A model generated the notes under the pieces. It was not told where the DNA came from and made no database searches. It saw only the letters and a program-made list of their open reading frames with translations. Positions 1-13,600 of a stretch of 64,000 nt of DNA are shown here, piece by piece. A program made the translations under genes and the position numbers. The stretch covers positions 45,260,001 to 45,324,000 of the forward strand of contig NC_086375.1 in assembly GCF_036588685.1 (NCBI RefSeq), written 5' to 3'. Within the stretch, counting starts at the first letter, position 1. Every line of letters begins with the position of its first letter. This stretch comes from Mytilus trossulus (lineage: Eukaryota).

Positions 1-19
1 AACATAGAGAAGGTACAAT

Positions 20-460
20 ATATAAAAAAGAAGATATGGTATGATTGCCAATGAGACAACTATCCACAAAAGACCAAAATGACACAAACATTAACACTTA
101 TATGTAACCGTAAGGCCTTCAGCAATGAGCAAAGCCCATACCGCATAGTCAGCTATAAAAGGCCCCGATAAAATAATGTAAAACAATTCAAACGAGAAAA
201 CTAAGGGCCTTATTCATGTAAAAAAAATGAACAAAAAACAAATATGTAACACATAAACAAACGACAACCTCTGAATTACAGGTTCCTGACTTGGGACAGG
301 CACATACATAAATAATGTGGCGGGGATAAACATGTTAGCGGGATCCCCCCCCCTAACCTGGGACAGTGGTATAACAGTACAATATAAGAACGAACTATAA
401 AAATCAGTTGAAAAAGGCTTAACTCATCAGTTAGACAAAAATACAAGTGGACGTGGCAGG
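20..460. repeat. Interspersed repeat; opposite-strand copy at ~51630-51950 and fragment at ~8200-8335
   Basis: Shared sequence gtatgattgccaatgagacaac...gtcagctataaaaggccccg. Confidence 0.75.
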
Positions 461-724
461 GTAAGTATACATCCCGACACAAAAAGACACAATGAACAGA
501 TCTGAGAGTTCTCGCAGTTATCAGACAGCTAGTTCAAAACCACTTACAACTAATAAAAAAAATCATGCATCTAAGACTAAACAATCAATCCGTACACATC
601 CAACACCCAATGGATTTAGTGTAAACAGCTAGAGAAAAACATGACCTTGTGCAATGCCAAGTTACAGGTATCGACAGATTGTAGATCCATGAATATGTAT
701 ATGTATATACCATACTAGTAATAT

Positions 725-1650
725 TTAGTTAGCTTTTAATCTACTGATAACAAAATCAATATTTATACCAATAAAAACAATATTCAATGATTTTATTACA
801 GTGTTGAATAGGTAACCTTTTAGATTAAGTTTATTTAAAGGAGCGACAAGTTTACATGGATCATTTCTAAATTTCCGGGCACGGTTAACAACATTTCCGT
901 AAAAATGAGGATGTACTATCCCGTTTGAAATAAGTTTTCTACAGGTACAACCAAACTTCAAAACCAAATCTTTATATCTATGCAGGGGCGTATGCAGGAA
1001 TTTTCGAAAGGGGGGTGCTAACCCAGGGCAAAATGGGGGGGGGGGGGGTGCAAAACATATATCCCGATACAAATGCATTGATCGGCAAAAATAAAGGGGG
1101 GGTGCGCACCCCCGGAACCCCCCCTCTGGATCCGCCACTGCTATGGAAAAATTTAGTAAAGGTTTTAAGTAATTTATGGTAACGATATCCCTGGTTTAAT
1201 AATTTACCAGTAATACATTGATTACATTCGTTAAAATCAAAAACGTCACAACAGACACGGGCATTACGAATAAGTTGTGAAATATATATACCGTAAGATG
1301 GTGCCAAAGAACATCACCATCTAAAAATCGAAAATTGACAATAAGGAACGAAAAATCGTCTCTTTTGTCGTAAATTTTAGTGTGTAGTTTCCCGTTTAAA
1401 ACCGTAATATCTAAATCCAGGAAAGGACAGCTACTAGTATTACCGAATAAATTTGATTTATTTAAAGTAAGTTCCTTGGGGTAAATTTCACCAGTATATT
1501 GCGAAAATTCTTGATTATTTAACGAAAAAAAATCATTAAGATAACGGTAGGTATTGGTGAATTTATCAATTAAATGCAATTTCGACGGGTCTATACTGAG
1601 TTTAGTCATAAACTGTGATTCGTAACAGTACAAAAACAAGTCTGCTATTA
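725..1650 (-). mobile_element. Degenerate Penelope-like retroelement reverse transcriptase (C-terminal half), interrupted by a MITE
   Basis: ADLFLYCYE...YRYLND (decayed YxDD)...PFLDL...YDKRDDFSF.IVNF...SYGIYISQLIR...KLLNQGY spread over three frames. Confidence 0.8.
983..1140. mobile_element. GC-rich MITE with imperfect TIRs and 5-bp TSD CTATG
   Basis: CAGGGGCGTATGCAG...CTGGATCCGCCACTG; CTATG at 978-982 and 1141-1145; excision restores the RT frame FFH-RYKD. Confidence 0.85.
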
Positions 1651-1702
1651 AACAAAACAACTTGTTACTACAATAATGAATTAAAATATTCAAATGATGG
1701 AA

Positions 1703-2032
1703 AAGAAGGACGAAAGATACCAAAGTGACAGTCAAACTCATAAATCTAAAACAAACTGACAACGCCATGGCTAAAAATGAAAAAGACAAACAGAAAAACA
1801 ATAGTACACATGACACAACATAGAAAACTTAAGAATAAACAACACGAACCCCACAAAAAACTAGGGGTGATATCAGGTGCTCCGGAAGGGTAAGCAGATC
1901 CTGTTCCACATGTGGCACCCGTCGTGTTGCTTATGTGATTACAAATCCGGTAAATAGTCTTATTCGGTAGGTCACATTCATGAAAGGGAAGGGGATTGTA
2001 GTTACGACGTAAGGAACATATCCGATATCATT
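1703..2032 (-). mobile_element. SINE-like non-autonomous element related to the 3' region of Penelope-like elements, TSD TGGAA; further copies ~48020-48225 and ~54253-54600
   Basis: TGGAA at 1698-1702 and 2033-2037; empty site in the duplicated segment at ~6888; shares the gggtgcc...gcttacccttccggagcacctga motif with 62890-62940. Confidence 0.8.
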
Positions 2033-4545
2033 TGGAACACTCATTTCAATATTTATTTCTATAAAAAAAGTCAAATCAAGCACATCCTTTCTCGGAGTAC
2101 CCTTCACAATTACGAGAGCAATGTAGAAAAAACACACACAGTATGCATGCATCTTGCGAGATCTTTTTTTTTGTATATGACATCACCATGTGTGTTTTCT
2201 TTTTATTATCAAGAAAGCCATAATGATAGTTACTGGATAATTGGATAACACTGCATATGTGTCATTATGAAGCACACCGAGGATATGATGGTTACTATGC
2301 TTTTAATCTTACAAGGAATCTTTTTATGGTAGACATCGTATATCTTTTTTTTTACTATCAATGTTGAAACCAAAATTCAACATTGATAGTAAAATAAAAT
2401 ATTTGATAAAAAAACATTGAATGTAAATGATATGAAACTCCAAAGTCTTATATAATAGGACTATATTTGGTGAGTTTTTAGACAACTCTGAACACCTTAT
2501 AGTGTACATTATCCCAACTGGAATTTACACTAATCCATTTAAGCCACCCCATGTGGTGATAGAACTGATGTAATCATAATCTCAAAATGAGCAATCACCC
2601 TTTTAAAAGTATATTTGTCTTCTTGCAAAAATCTAAAAATAGAATCTATTAACTGTTTAAAAGGATTTTCCATATTGAGCGTAGGCCTTTTAGTCGCAGG
2701 AAGCAAGCATAGATAAACTAAAATCTGCTGATAACTAATCTCTTCTTTATGGTTAAATAAAGAAAAAATAAACTATATTTTGATAAAAAAAAAAAAAAAA
2801 GTATTGTAGGAGTGCACAATTTTCTCTATCAAAAGTATTATAAGTTCTAATTTTGGAGGTTTACCTATATCTTATTTGTATCTTCTATAAAAAAAAATTC
2901 ATAGCCCACAAAAACACAATAAATGTATGAAATACTTCTGATCAGATCGATTTTTGTTTGACATAAAAAAATAAAAAAAAATAAACAGTGTCAGTGAGTC
3001 GGTGACTAATTGATGGAACCTACAAATTTCTCTTTAAAAATGAAAGTAGTGTTTAAATTCTAAATTCTATTTTTATACTGAACTTACCAAAAAGGTGAAT
3101 AATCAATTATATGTCTTCTTCGGTATGCTCACTAAATAGTTTATATATATGAGACAACCTGCATAGAGTTACAACAGAAAACTAATATCATCTGTATTTA
3201 CAGTAACCATGATCGGCAATGATGTATTTCTTTTCCAAAACGAAAGTATAATTTTGGCGTGTGTGCCTATATTCATTTGTGATTGGTTATCCAATTACAA
3301 TTAAAAGCTATTATTAGAATAAATTATTGATTTTAACTTTGTTTGTACGCGGTCAAACTTTTGAATAATACTACAAAATAAATATGATTAAACTCGGACA
3401 CACATCGTCAGTTTTAGAGGATCTAAAGGGGGTCACCTCAAGTTATAAAGACCCCCTATAAACCATAAGATATATTAGTTAATAGTCTTACAAAAGTTAC
3501 ATCCAAACAATCGGCTACGAATGACCACAAAAATGATTGTATTGTTCTTTCAATACACATATATGCACCAAACAATTTACCAAATTAAAGCTAACTTTGA
3601 CAGTATTTTGTTGTTGTTAAGCTAAACGTTTATATAAGGTCTTATAATTACTATGTTGACTTGTATGTAAATATTGTCTTGCATAATGCGCGACATATCA
3701 GAACAGGAGCAGTTTAAGGATTTAATTTTTATTAGATTGTATCTTATCTCATTATAGCTTAATATAAAATATTACAATGTTACATAAAGTTAAAATATGG
3801 GATATATGAATATAGATATGACATTGTTGAAATGTGTATCTAGGTTTGAACCTGTGCAGTTGATTTTTATCTTTATCAGGACCCGTCCTGTTGCTTAAGA
3901 TATCTTATAAAGTTTTTGAGATATCTTAAAGTAAGAATTAATAGCAATACGGCTTGCCATACAATAGCTCCATTAAGGTACCGTCAGACGATTTCCTCTA
4001 TCGTAGATCTTGCTAGTTATTATTTCTTGTTTGTGTTTCTTATTTTTTCTATTATACTTTTAAAATTATGTTGCAAAATTAAAAACAAAAATTTCCACTG
4101 AGACATTTTTAACGTATGGGCAATTGGTAGAGCTGAAATTCTGAACACTTCGGCACTGTAAGATTTTCCTGCTTGTTGAGTGTTGTTGGGGTATATGTTG
4201 AGTTTTTCAAGTGAATTTTTAAAAAATACCTTATTTATTTATCAAGCAGTTTATGTAATGTGATTAACACAAACACGATGTTATTTAGAGCTTTATCATA
4301 CATTTTTTTATTTGTCATGGAGGTAGGACAGGTGCTTTACAACTTTTGGGTTTTTTATGAAAACCTTTTCCTCTGAATTCCTTTGATCAAATTTAACCAA
4401 AGTTAAGCACAATCATCAAAGGGGCATCTATTTTTTTTTAAATGTGTTCAATGACCCCACATGCGAACCAAGATTACCGACATGGTTAAAATTAAAATCA
4501 ATGTGAACGCTCGTTTTCTTTATTTTTTGAAAACTGTAGGGTAAA

Positions 4546-5123
4546 GGAGTAGGTCCAGTAAGAGCCCTTTTTAGCCTCAAAATATAGCAGTTTTACAAAA
4601 TTGATAAAATGTGAAATTTTAGTTATTTACTGAACAGTAGAGTGTTTCTGCTACATACAATATGGGCTATTTTTGACTATACAATGAACATATGTCGGGT
4701 ACTGGTACATTAAAGTCATGCTAAGTTACTGAATTTTTAAAAATTCTAGCATTTTAGTTAAATTTTAGACGGTTTTCGTGTAAAACGAAAGTGGCTGCAT
4801 TCGTGTTCATCCTTAATATTGAAACGAAAGTTGTATTTTATGATAATACATAACACATATAAAGGTTGAGGATGAACACGGATGCGGCCACTTTCATTTT
4901 TGACAAAAACCATCCGAAAAGTGACATTTTTCGGCATATTTGGTTGATTTTTCATATTTCAGCTTGAATCGGATCGTTTTTAATGACTGAATCAGTTCAA
5001 ATCTTTCACATAACCTAGTTGATTCAACTGAAAAAGACATTAGTTGTTTAAAAAGTGGTCAAATTCTTTTGTCAGATTAACCTAAAATTTGAGGCCAAAA
5101 TCGGTCCTTACCGGACCTACTCC
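4546..5123. mobile_element. MITE with TIR GGAGTAGGTCC.GTAAG and an internal inverted repeat; partial copy at ~7255-7492
   Basis: Terminal inverted repeats; second full copy in opposite orientation at 29010-29983. Confidence 0.85.
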
Positions 5124-6843
5124 ATTGACAATAGCAAAAATGTTCTGAATGTTGTAATGAGTTCTTCGAATTGTCCTGGTCCTATAAACGTCAAAACTGT
5201 CAGCCATATTTTCATAGGAGTCATTGCACTTAAATGACTCATTTCAACATTTTTTTCAGTTTTGCATATTTTCTTGAAATCCCTAATAGGGATCAGCAAG
5301 ACAAATTTTACAAATTAGTCTTAACGATCTAAATCAACTCCTTATTCGAGTAATTGAATTTGATGACGATTATATTTATTTTTTTGCGTTTTATGTTTTA
5401 TAACTTAAAAAGATATAATAGATAGATAGAAACTTCAAAAAGCAAAAAATATCAGCAGGATAAGATTAGGAGGAAATCTTTTGACCACTCCTTTTTGAAC
5501 TTATTGCGCTTTAAAGACAATTTTTACCCTTTTTGTTTTTGCACTTTAAATAAGAAAAATAATCAGCAATGCAAGATCTACTAACAAGTCAAATTTAGGA
5601 GACCGTCTCTCTTAAAAGGAGTGATTGGCCTTAAATTCGGATTGTTTTACACTTGTTTGTGTTTTGAACAAAATCTACAGAAGAACTAAACAGATTAAAT
5701 TATCAGAGAAACAAGAACAACAAATTGGAGATTTTTGTCATGAATTCTATTCTCGTCTATAATGTTGGAGAGTGGCCTTTATTTTGTAGAAAAGTAATAA
5801 GTAATTGAGTTGACATTTGAGTCAGTGCTTGGTACAATTGTACATGGAATTTTGTATTAAGCAGAACAGTTTTAAATAGTTACCTCTTTTTTTTTTATTT
5901 TCACAGTTAGAGTTTGGTTCATTTGTAAATGTATATTCAGATATGATTAGGTTTGAAGAAAAACCTTGGGTCTTTCATAGTGTCACTATTAATGTTACTG
6001 AATATTTTGTTCATTTTGAGACCGCCCGGTTTTGATTTTTAATAACAGGAATGAATTTGAAATGGCATGTCCGTTAACCATGATTTTAAGAGGTGATGAT
6101 CAAACTATTTCACGATTCTTAATAAGGCCAGAGTTGTATGATTATGACTGCTTGAAAAATCATCTAATTCAATATATTTTATATTTCGATCTCGAATTTT
6201 TACTTTGAAGGAAATTTAATTGGAATTATTAGGTTGAATTGTTTCTGAAGTTCAGTACAACCTAGAAAAGCTGTGCCTTTCCAAAACCCAATTTAAGGTT
6301 ATTGCATCTGCCATGTGCCTTCTTAATACGGGCAATTATTAAAGTCATCGAATGATCCATTTCATTTCTGGGATTTCTGGGATGATAAGTTTTAAATAAT
6401 GAATAAATTATTTTGCTTTCACTGTTATTTTTTTCTGTTTCCTTTACTTAGATATTAAGATACGGTAGCGCCTTAACATATGACATTCATCCTCTCCGTT
6501 TCCATCAGTTCATAAACTAGAACAAGCTGTGGTTCGCCTACCCAAATCCTCAGTAAAATTGCTCCTGTTTTCTTCGAAAGATATTCGATATAACATTATT
6601 GCAAACTCATACTGGATACCAGGCTTAAAATTTTGGCTGCCAGTAACGTTTGTAAACATAAGACTCAACAGTGACTATTGTTGAATCAGTAAAGTTAGTA
6701 AGGCAAAAAAAAGACTAAAAGGCGCAGATGAAGAGCATTCAAGTAAAAAAAAATCCAAAACTTTTTGCCTTATCATTATACAGCTAAGATCATTTTGAAA
6801 TATCAAAATAGAGATCTAGTAAAGCACAACATAAAGAAGGTAC

Positions 6844-7180
6844 AAAACAACTTGTTACTACAATAATGAATTAAAAGATTTAAATGATGGAACACTCATT
6901 TCAATATTTATTTCTATAAAAAAAAGAGTCAAATCAAGCACATGTTTTCTTGGAGTACCCTTAACAATAACAAGAACAATGTAAAAAAAACCACACAGTA
7001 TGCATGCATCTTGCGAGATCTTCTATTGTATATGACATCACCATGTGTGTTTTCTTTTTATTATCAAGAAAGTCATAATGGATAATTGGATAAAACTGCA
7101 TATGTGTCATTATGTAGCACACCCAGGATATGATGGTTACTATGCTTTTAATCTAACAAAGAAACTTTCTATGGTAGACA
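6844..7180 (+). repeat. Local duplication of 1654-1702 + 2038-2334
   Basis: Colinear, highly similar sequence once the 1703-2032 insertion is removed. Confidence 0.85.
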
Positions 7181-8478
7181 CTCATTACATCTTCTAAATC
7201 AAATATGATTTAGTTTTGATTTTTAAAAGAATCAGCAGTGCAACTATTTAGATGAATAGGTCCGGTAAATGCCGATTTTGGACTCAATTTTCAAGCTCAT
7301 CTAATAAAATATTTTAGCACTTTTTAAACACTTATGTGTCTATTTTGATTGATTCAACTAGTTTATGTGAAAATGTTTAACTGATTTAGTCATTTAAAAC
7401 GCTCCGATGCAAGCTTAATTAGGAAAAATCTATCAAATATGCAAAAAATCGTCACTTTTCAGATTGTTTTTGTCAAAAATGAAAGTGACCGCTGTAAGAT
7501 GACATATAAAAATGTATTCTTTGAACAGGAGGAAAAAGTAAAAATAAGAATGCATAAATTATATATGTTAAATTTGCATTAATTTCATTAATTTTGGCAC
7601 AATGCACATATAAATGAACACATCTTTTGAGCAGCTTATAAAATAGTATCTGTTCAATCTATATAAAACCCCAAGATAAGAATAAATCATAGTAGATATC
7701 ATTTGGATACAACCAAACATGTATCCAGGAAGTTCAGTTAAGTTAACTCCCAGTAAATGTGTCTAAAACAGTGGCTTAGATTCATTGAAAGCACTAAATC
7801 TAAACCATAAATATAATCTAGCTTGTATGTTCCTAAAAGCTCTCAATTCAAGAATGATTCAAGTAATACATCTTTTATAAAGATATATTTAGAAATAGGA
7901 GTATATTGTCTTTAAATATCAGCTGTCTTTATACAAGGCACAAAAAAACAGATGAAAGAAAAAAGACTATTAAAAATGTATTAGAATGTTTTTGAAAATG
8001 CCTGTACCAAGTCAGAAATATGACAGTTCTTGTCCATTTGTTTTTGATGCGTTTTGAAATTTGATTTTGCCATGTGATTATGGACTTTCCGAATTGATTT
8101 TCCTCTAAGTTCAGTATATTTATGATTTTACTTTTTTCTTATTAAATTTACTGTAAGAGTAAAACTTTGGTGACAACTGATCATTAAATAGGCAGTAATA
8201 GGCAATTGTTCGGTGTGAGCCAAGGCCCTGTGTTAAAGGCCGTATATTGACCTATAATGGTCTACTTTTTTTTAATTGTTATTTGGATGGAGAGTTGTCT
8301 CATTGGCACTCACACCACCTCTTTCTATATCTATATAATAAGACAAAAAGAAGAACATAGTAATGTCAATGTGTTGATTTTACTCTGCAGTATGCATCAT
8401 ATGCATGACAAAGATAAAATGTGTATGTTCATCAATGTTCTGCATGCCAAGTAAGCACATTCTCTTTGAAGTTGTTAT

Positions 8479-8525
8479 TTAAACAATCTTTGCCTCCATT
8501 ATTTCAGCCAAAGACTCTGTTTCAT
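8479..8525 (-). CDS. TIR-STING coding exon 11, terminal (DETESLAEIMEAKIV*)
   Basis: tttcag acceptor, correct phase, homologous to exon 6, TAA at 8481-8479. Confidence 0.82.
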
Positions 8526-10573
8526 CTGAAACATCAAAATAAAGGTACATTTGAGTTTATTCAAGGAAATAACTGAGGCTTCAAAAATATATGTTAATCC
8601 ATATGTTGTATTGTATATTGCATTTTTTTTTATTACATACTCAATTAATAAGTTTTCAAGGCTCAGATTTAAGTCCTATCCTCAATTTAAAAGTTATATA
8701 TAGATTTAAGTAGTTGGTATAAACAAATTAAAAGGTATACAAAAACATATTTAATACATTCTATTTCTGTTTGAACAATGATAAAGTAGGTCTTCTACAT
8801 TAAGCCTATACTTGGTCTTTATTTCCTCAATTTGCAATCCAGTTCTGCCATTAAACCTGTCTTAAATTTGGATAATAAAGTTGATTCTTCAGATAAACAT
8901 CACATATCAAACTTAAATTCTTATTATTTTGATAAATGAAATAGTTTCTCCTGTATTTTAAGTTTCTAACTCCCCAAAAAACATATCTCTTTTAAGCCAA
9001 AAGTCAATGGACAAAAACGGTTTTGCATTAAAATTAAACAAGAATGTGTCCCCAGTACACAGATATCCTCACTATCATTTTCTATGTTCAGTGGACCTTG
9101 AAAATGGGAAAAAAAATCTCTTATTTTGCAGTAAAATTTGAAAGATCATAGCATAGGGAACATGTGTACTAAGTTTTAGGTTGATTGGACTTCAGCTTCA
9201 TCAAAAACTACCTTGACCAAAAACTTTAACCTGAAGCGTGACGGATGAACAGACCAGAAAACATAATGCCCATAAATGAAGTATAAAAATATCAAAAGAC
9301 TGACTGTAAAACAGTGAACTTCTTATTTGTCAATTGTGCAAATCAATCTTACTGATATGTATAAAATGAATAGGAAAACTCACCATCAAAATAAACAAAT
9401 TCACAGCATTTGGCTTTTACAGGATCAGCTGACTCCATAAGATTCTTAACGATCTCATAAAAATTATATGCTTCTGATAAAATAGTGTCTGCAGTCACAC
9501 CTGCAATCCTCCATTCCTTCATCTCATGTAAACATGTAATAGGTGCAGCATATTGTCCAATAAAATATTTGTCCTGTAAAATATAATAAAATATTCGTAT
9601 ACTTAAACATGTGTATACCAACACTGAGAGAAAATGATTAAAGAAAATAAGAGGGAAAAAAAATAAATGCAAACAGCACTTTATAAATTTCATGCGACTG
9701 AAGATCTTTTCTGGATTGACCTTCATCTGGAATGATCAAAGTGGTGTTGTTTACAAAGGGAAAGAAGCATGGCATATGAGAATATGAATAAGTATGAAAA
9801 CAGACATACCGGCTGATCAGTAATTTTATATATTTGACAAGAAAATGGTCTGCTCCCACCAAAAGGATGAATATCAGGAGTAGTTGTAAAGTTAGAAATT
9901 CTGTCATTTTTGTCTTTCATCACACCTTTAGCATCACAACTCTTTGGTATAATTATAAACAGAGTTTCAGGACATTTATAATTGCTGATATCCATTTTTT
10001 TAAAAGACTGGTCAATATTTTTCAAAGCATCTGTAAAAAGAAGAAAATACTCAAAATCATCAAAGCATATCTTATCTGAAAATATGTATGTTCAACTTTC
10101 TCTATTTACTCTTATTTGAATTTGAAATAAGAAACACAAATGAAATGTGTTTTACATGTTAATGTCAAGGTAGATAAAAAGTTTTGAGTCAACCAAGAAC
10201 ATGTATAAAAGCCTTTGCATTAATCATAAGTCATACAAAGTGGGGACTACATGTACCACCCTTTAAATATACCAACAATACAATGAAATAAACAATAAAC
10301 AATAAAGTAAATATATTTATTCATAACAAAATATGCCACATGAACAATTTATCATGTCACTGCAAGCACTTGACAATTAATCTGACGGTCTTCATAAGAA
10401 AAATTCTGGCGTAAATTTTTTCCCTTTAAAATACAGAAAAAATACTTACATAAAGCGCACAAGAGTATAACACGCAGGGATAAAGACAAATAATCTCTCT
10501 TGTAAGATAAAAAATAAGATACAATCCATGAATATTCCTTTGTCATCAACAGTCACTCAGACTGACAAACTAT

Positions 10574-10632
<59 letters not shown>

Positions 10633-13600
10633 GTATATTAATGATCTTACCTGGTAGGATAATTCTTAGATAATTAACAACATAACCCCAGGCAAGTCCA
10701 TTGGCTACATCACCAGCAGGTAGTAACATTTCTGTTTTCAATGGAAAATCTTCTCCTAAAACAAAACCAATTGTTTACAGACCTATCAGAGTTATGTCCC
10801 TTTACAAATGGGAAAACAATCTGAAATACTTGTTTCTTTTCTTTAACTTTAGTTTGCCTCAACTAAATGGTATGAAAGTTTTACACAATGCTTTTTACCA
10901 CAAAACACAGATTAAGTTTGAAGTTTGGTGGCGTCACTTTTGTAAGACATAATAGTGTCCTGTGAAAAAGTGTCCACATGAACAGTTTTTCATTGAAGTT
11001 TGTAATTTGATAATGTCATGGAATGGTGTCCCTCTAAATCATTTCTGTCAGGACACTGTCAGGACATTGTCAGGACATCAGTGTAACCCATCACCACAAA
11101 ACAAATATCACGTTTGAAATTTAATGTCATCACTTTTACCATTCTAGAGTTAAGCTCCTTTATAAATGGAAACATATGTGAACTGTTTGTTTATATTCTC
11201 TGACTTTAGTTTGCCTAAACCAAATGTTATGTAACTTATACACAATTCAGAGATAAAGTTTGAAATTGGTGGCCTCCCTTTTATGTTCATGAGTTATGCC
11301 CCTTTACAAGTAAAACAAATAGGTATACAAATTACGTTTTTTCATTTATATAGTGTCCTGACCTTTTGATTTTTTATCATGACCTGATGAAGGATTATTA
11401 ACACTTTTAATATGTGTTGTTTGCACTGAAATTTGTGTTATACATTTATAACAAACAAAATAAACCAAAAAAAACAAACTAAAAAAAGGTTCTTTGATAA
11501 ATAACAGGCACTCACCACTGACAATATTGTGAAGACTTTTAAGATGAGATTTAGTTTGTTCATTAAAAGGTACATAAGTAACCCACTGTAGAGCATCAGG
11601 TATGTAGATATCATTCCGTCTATCTACCACAGGGATTACCCTTACCCTCCTTTTAAGGATACCATCATGGAGCGCAGCTAGTACCCTCAGTTGAAGCATC
11701 TTGTCCTTAACTGAATTCTTGGTCATCAGAAAAATGAACCATCTACAATTCTGCACAGCTTTAATAAGTGTATTAGACTTCACCTCTGGGTCATTTGGGC
11801 TGTCAGGATTTTTCAGGATACTGTGTATCCCCTTCTCTTCCAGATATTCAATAATTTCTTTAGCACTCTGTTTGTCTTCTTTGTCTTCAGAATGAGCTAT
11901 ATACACCTGATATTGGTATTTAAGTTCTGGTGTAGATTCCAAGTTTTCTAACTTAGGCCTGGTGATTGGGCTTTCCTGAAAATGATTAAGATATCCATAC
12001 TATCTATATGATGATTGTGGCCTTAGATGAAAGTGTTTTTAAATTATAGATACTGTACATTTTGAATTAAATCTTATAGAAATAGTAATAATGAAAGTAA
12101 AACACCATGGAACTAGAAACAACAAAAAGCCATCAGCCACAAAACATTTGTTCTCATCGCCTTATTTGATTCCACTTTGTATGAGCTATTGATGACTATT
12201 GCATTTCTTTTACAATTCAAATTAAGGTGTTAAAGGGGACAAAATCAAATTTTCAATCTGTTTACTGTGTCCTGTTCTATTATTGTGCCTGAACTTAGCT
12301 GTGTCAAGAACAATGGTGTGTATTTTTAGCCAAAATTCATAAATACCTAATCAATGTTTCAGTATGTTTGAGCAAGTAAACACTATTGTGCAGGGGAAAC
12401 AAGTTAAACTTTAATACAAACCTTTGGCATAACTTTTTCAGTTAATTGTAAATCTTGTTTTATTGCTTTTACTAAAACTTCAGACACTTTCTCAGTTTCA
12501 TCTGTAAAAAAAATTGATGATTTCATAATTATTTTTTTATGCCACATTACAGTTTACAAAACAAAAAATGTCTGTATTTTGCAGAGTCTGTTTAGACTGG
12601 TAAATTTAAGACAGGAGGTGATTTATATTAGGCAGGAATGGCTTGTTTTTTTATGTTGTATCACACACTAGATATATTGTAAATAGACACTTCATAGATG
12701 AAAAATATCTCTAGAAGTCTTTTGGTTATTTGTGTTACATGGGTTGCTGACTCATTTACAAAACTTTCCATTTTGAATTTTCCTTCCTCAGAGTTCAGTA
12801 TTTTTGTGATTTTACTTTTTACATATAACAAGTACCAGTACCACATATGATGCCAAGTCCCTTTTAATTTATATGATGTGCTCATCATGTATTATTACTA
12901 TTATCAATATCAAGACTACATTTTGTATTATAAATTTTCAATTTTTGTATATTACCATTGAAAAGAACAACTCTTGCTTTATTTCTAGATATATCAAAGT
13001 GGTTTATCACAGAGTTCATGGTATAGTAAAACCTTGCTAACTGTAACTTCTTGTCATCTATACTAAACTTTGCTAAATGGTGATCTTCCATTGCCTTCAT
13101 TGCTCCTATGGCACTTGGGTATTCACAAATACAGAAATATGTCTGAAAAGGTATTTGAAAAGCATGAATAAACACAATAAATCATATGAATAGTTCATTT
13201 CTTGTGAAACAATTATTCTCAAGATCTATAGAAAAAAAATTGTAGATTCTTAACCCTTCAGAAAACACTCAGACTATAATATTATAATATAACCACAATT
13301 TGAGAAATCTGAAAAATTGTTAAAATGCTCTGGTGGAGTGATGCCCCATTGGCATTCATATACTTATACCACATCTCTTTATCTTTAACTTATACTGATT
13401 TTTATAAAGTCATCTCTGCAATTGTGCATTGATTTTTTCAAATGGGTTAATAAATGAAAACGAAAACATTGGCAGGTTTTGCTAAATTCAACTACAATGT
13501 CTCATGCAAGTGCAAAATTATATATGCCCTTGTAAAAATTATTTGGACAGGAGCTCAAGGTTTCTAAACATAAACAATGAAATTATAACCAATACATGAT

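Noticed and set aside
11346-11942. Stand-alone TIR-only genes, as the ORF track suggests here and at 17131-17526
   Set aside because: Both ORFs run into intron sequence after strong donor sites and splice in phase with STING exons.
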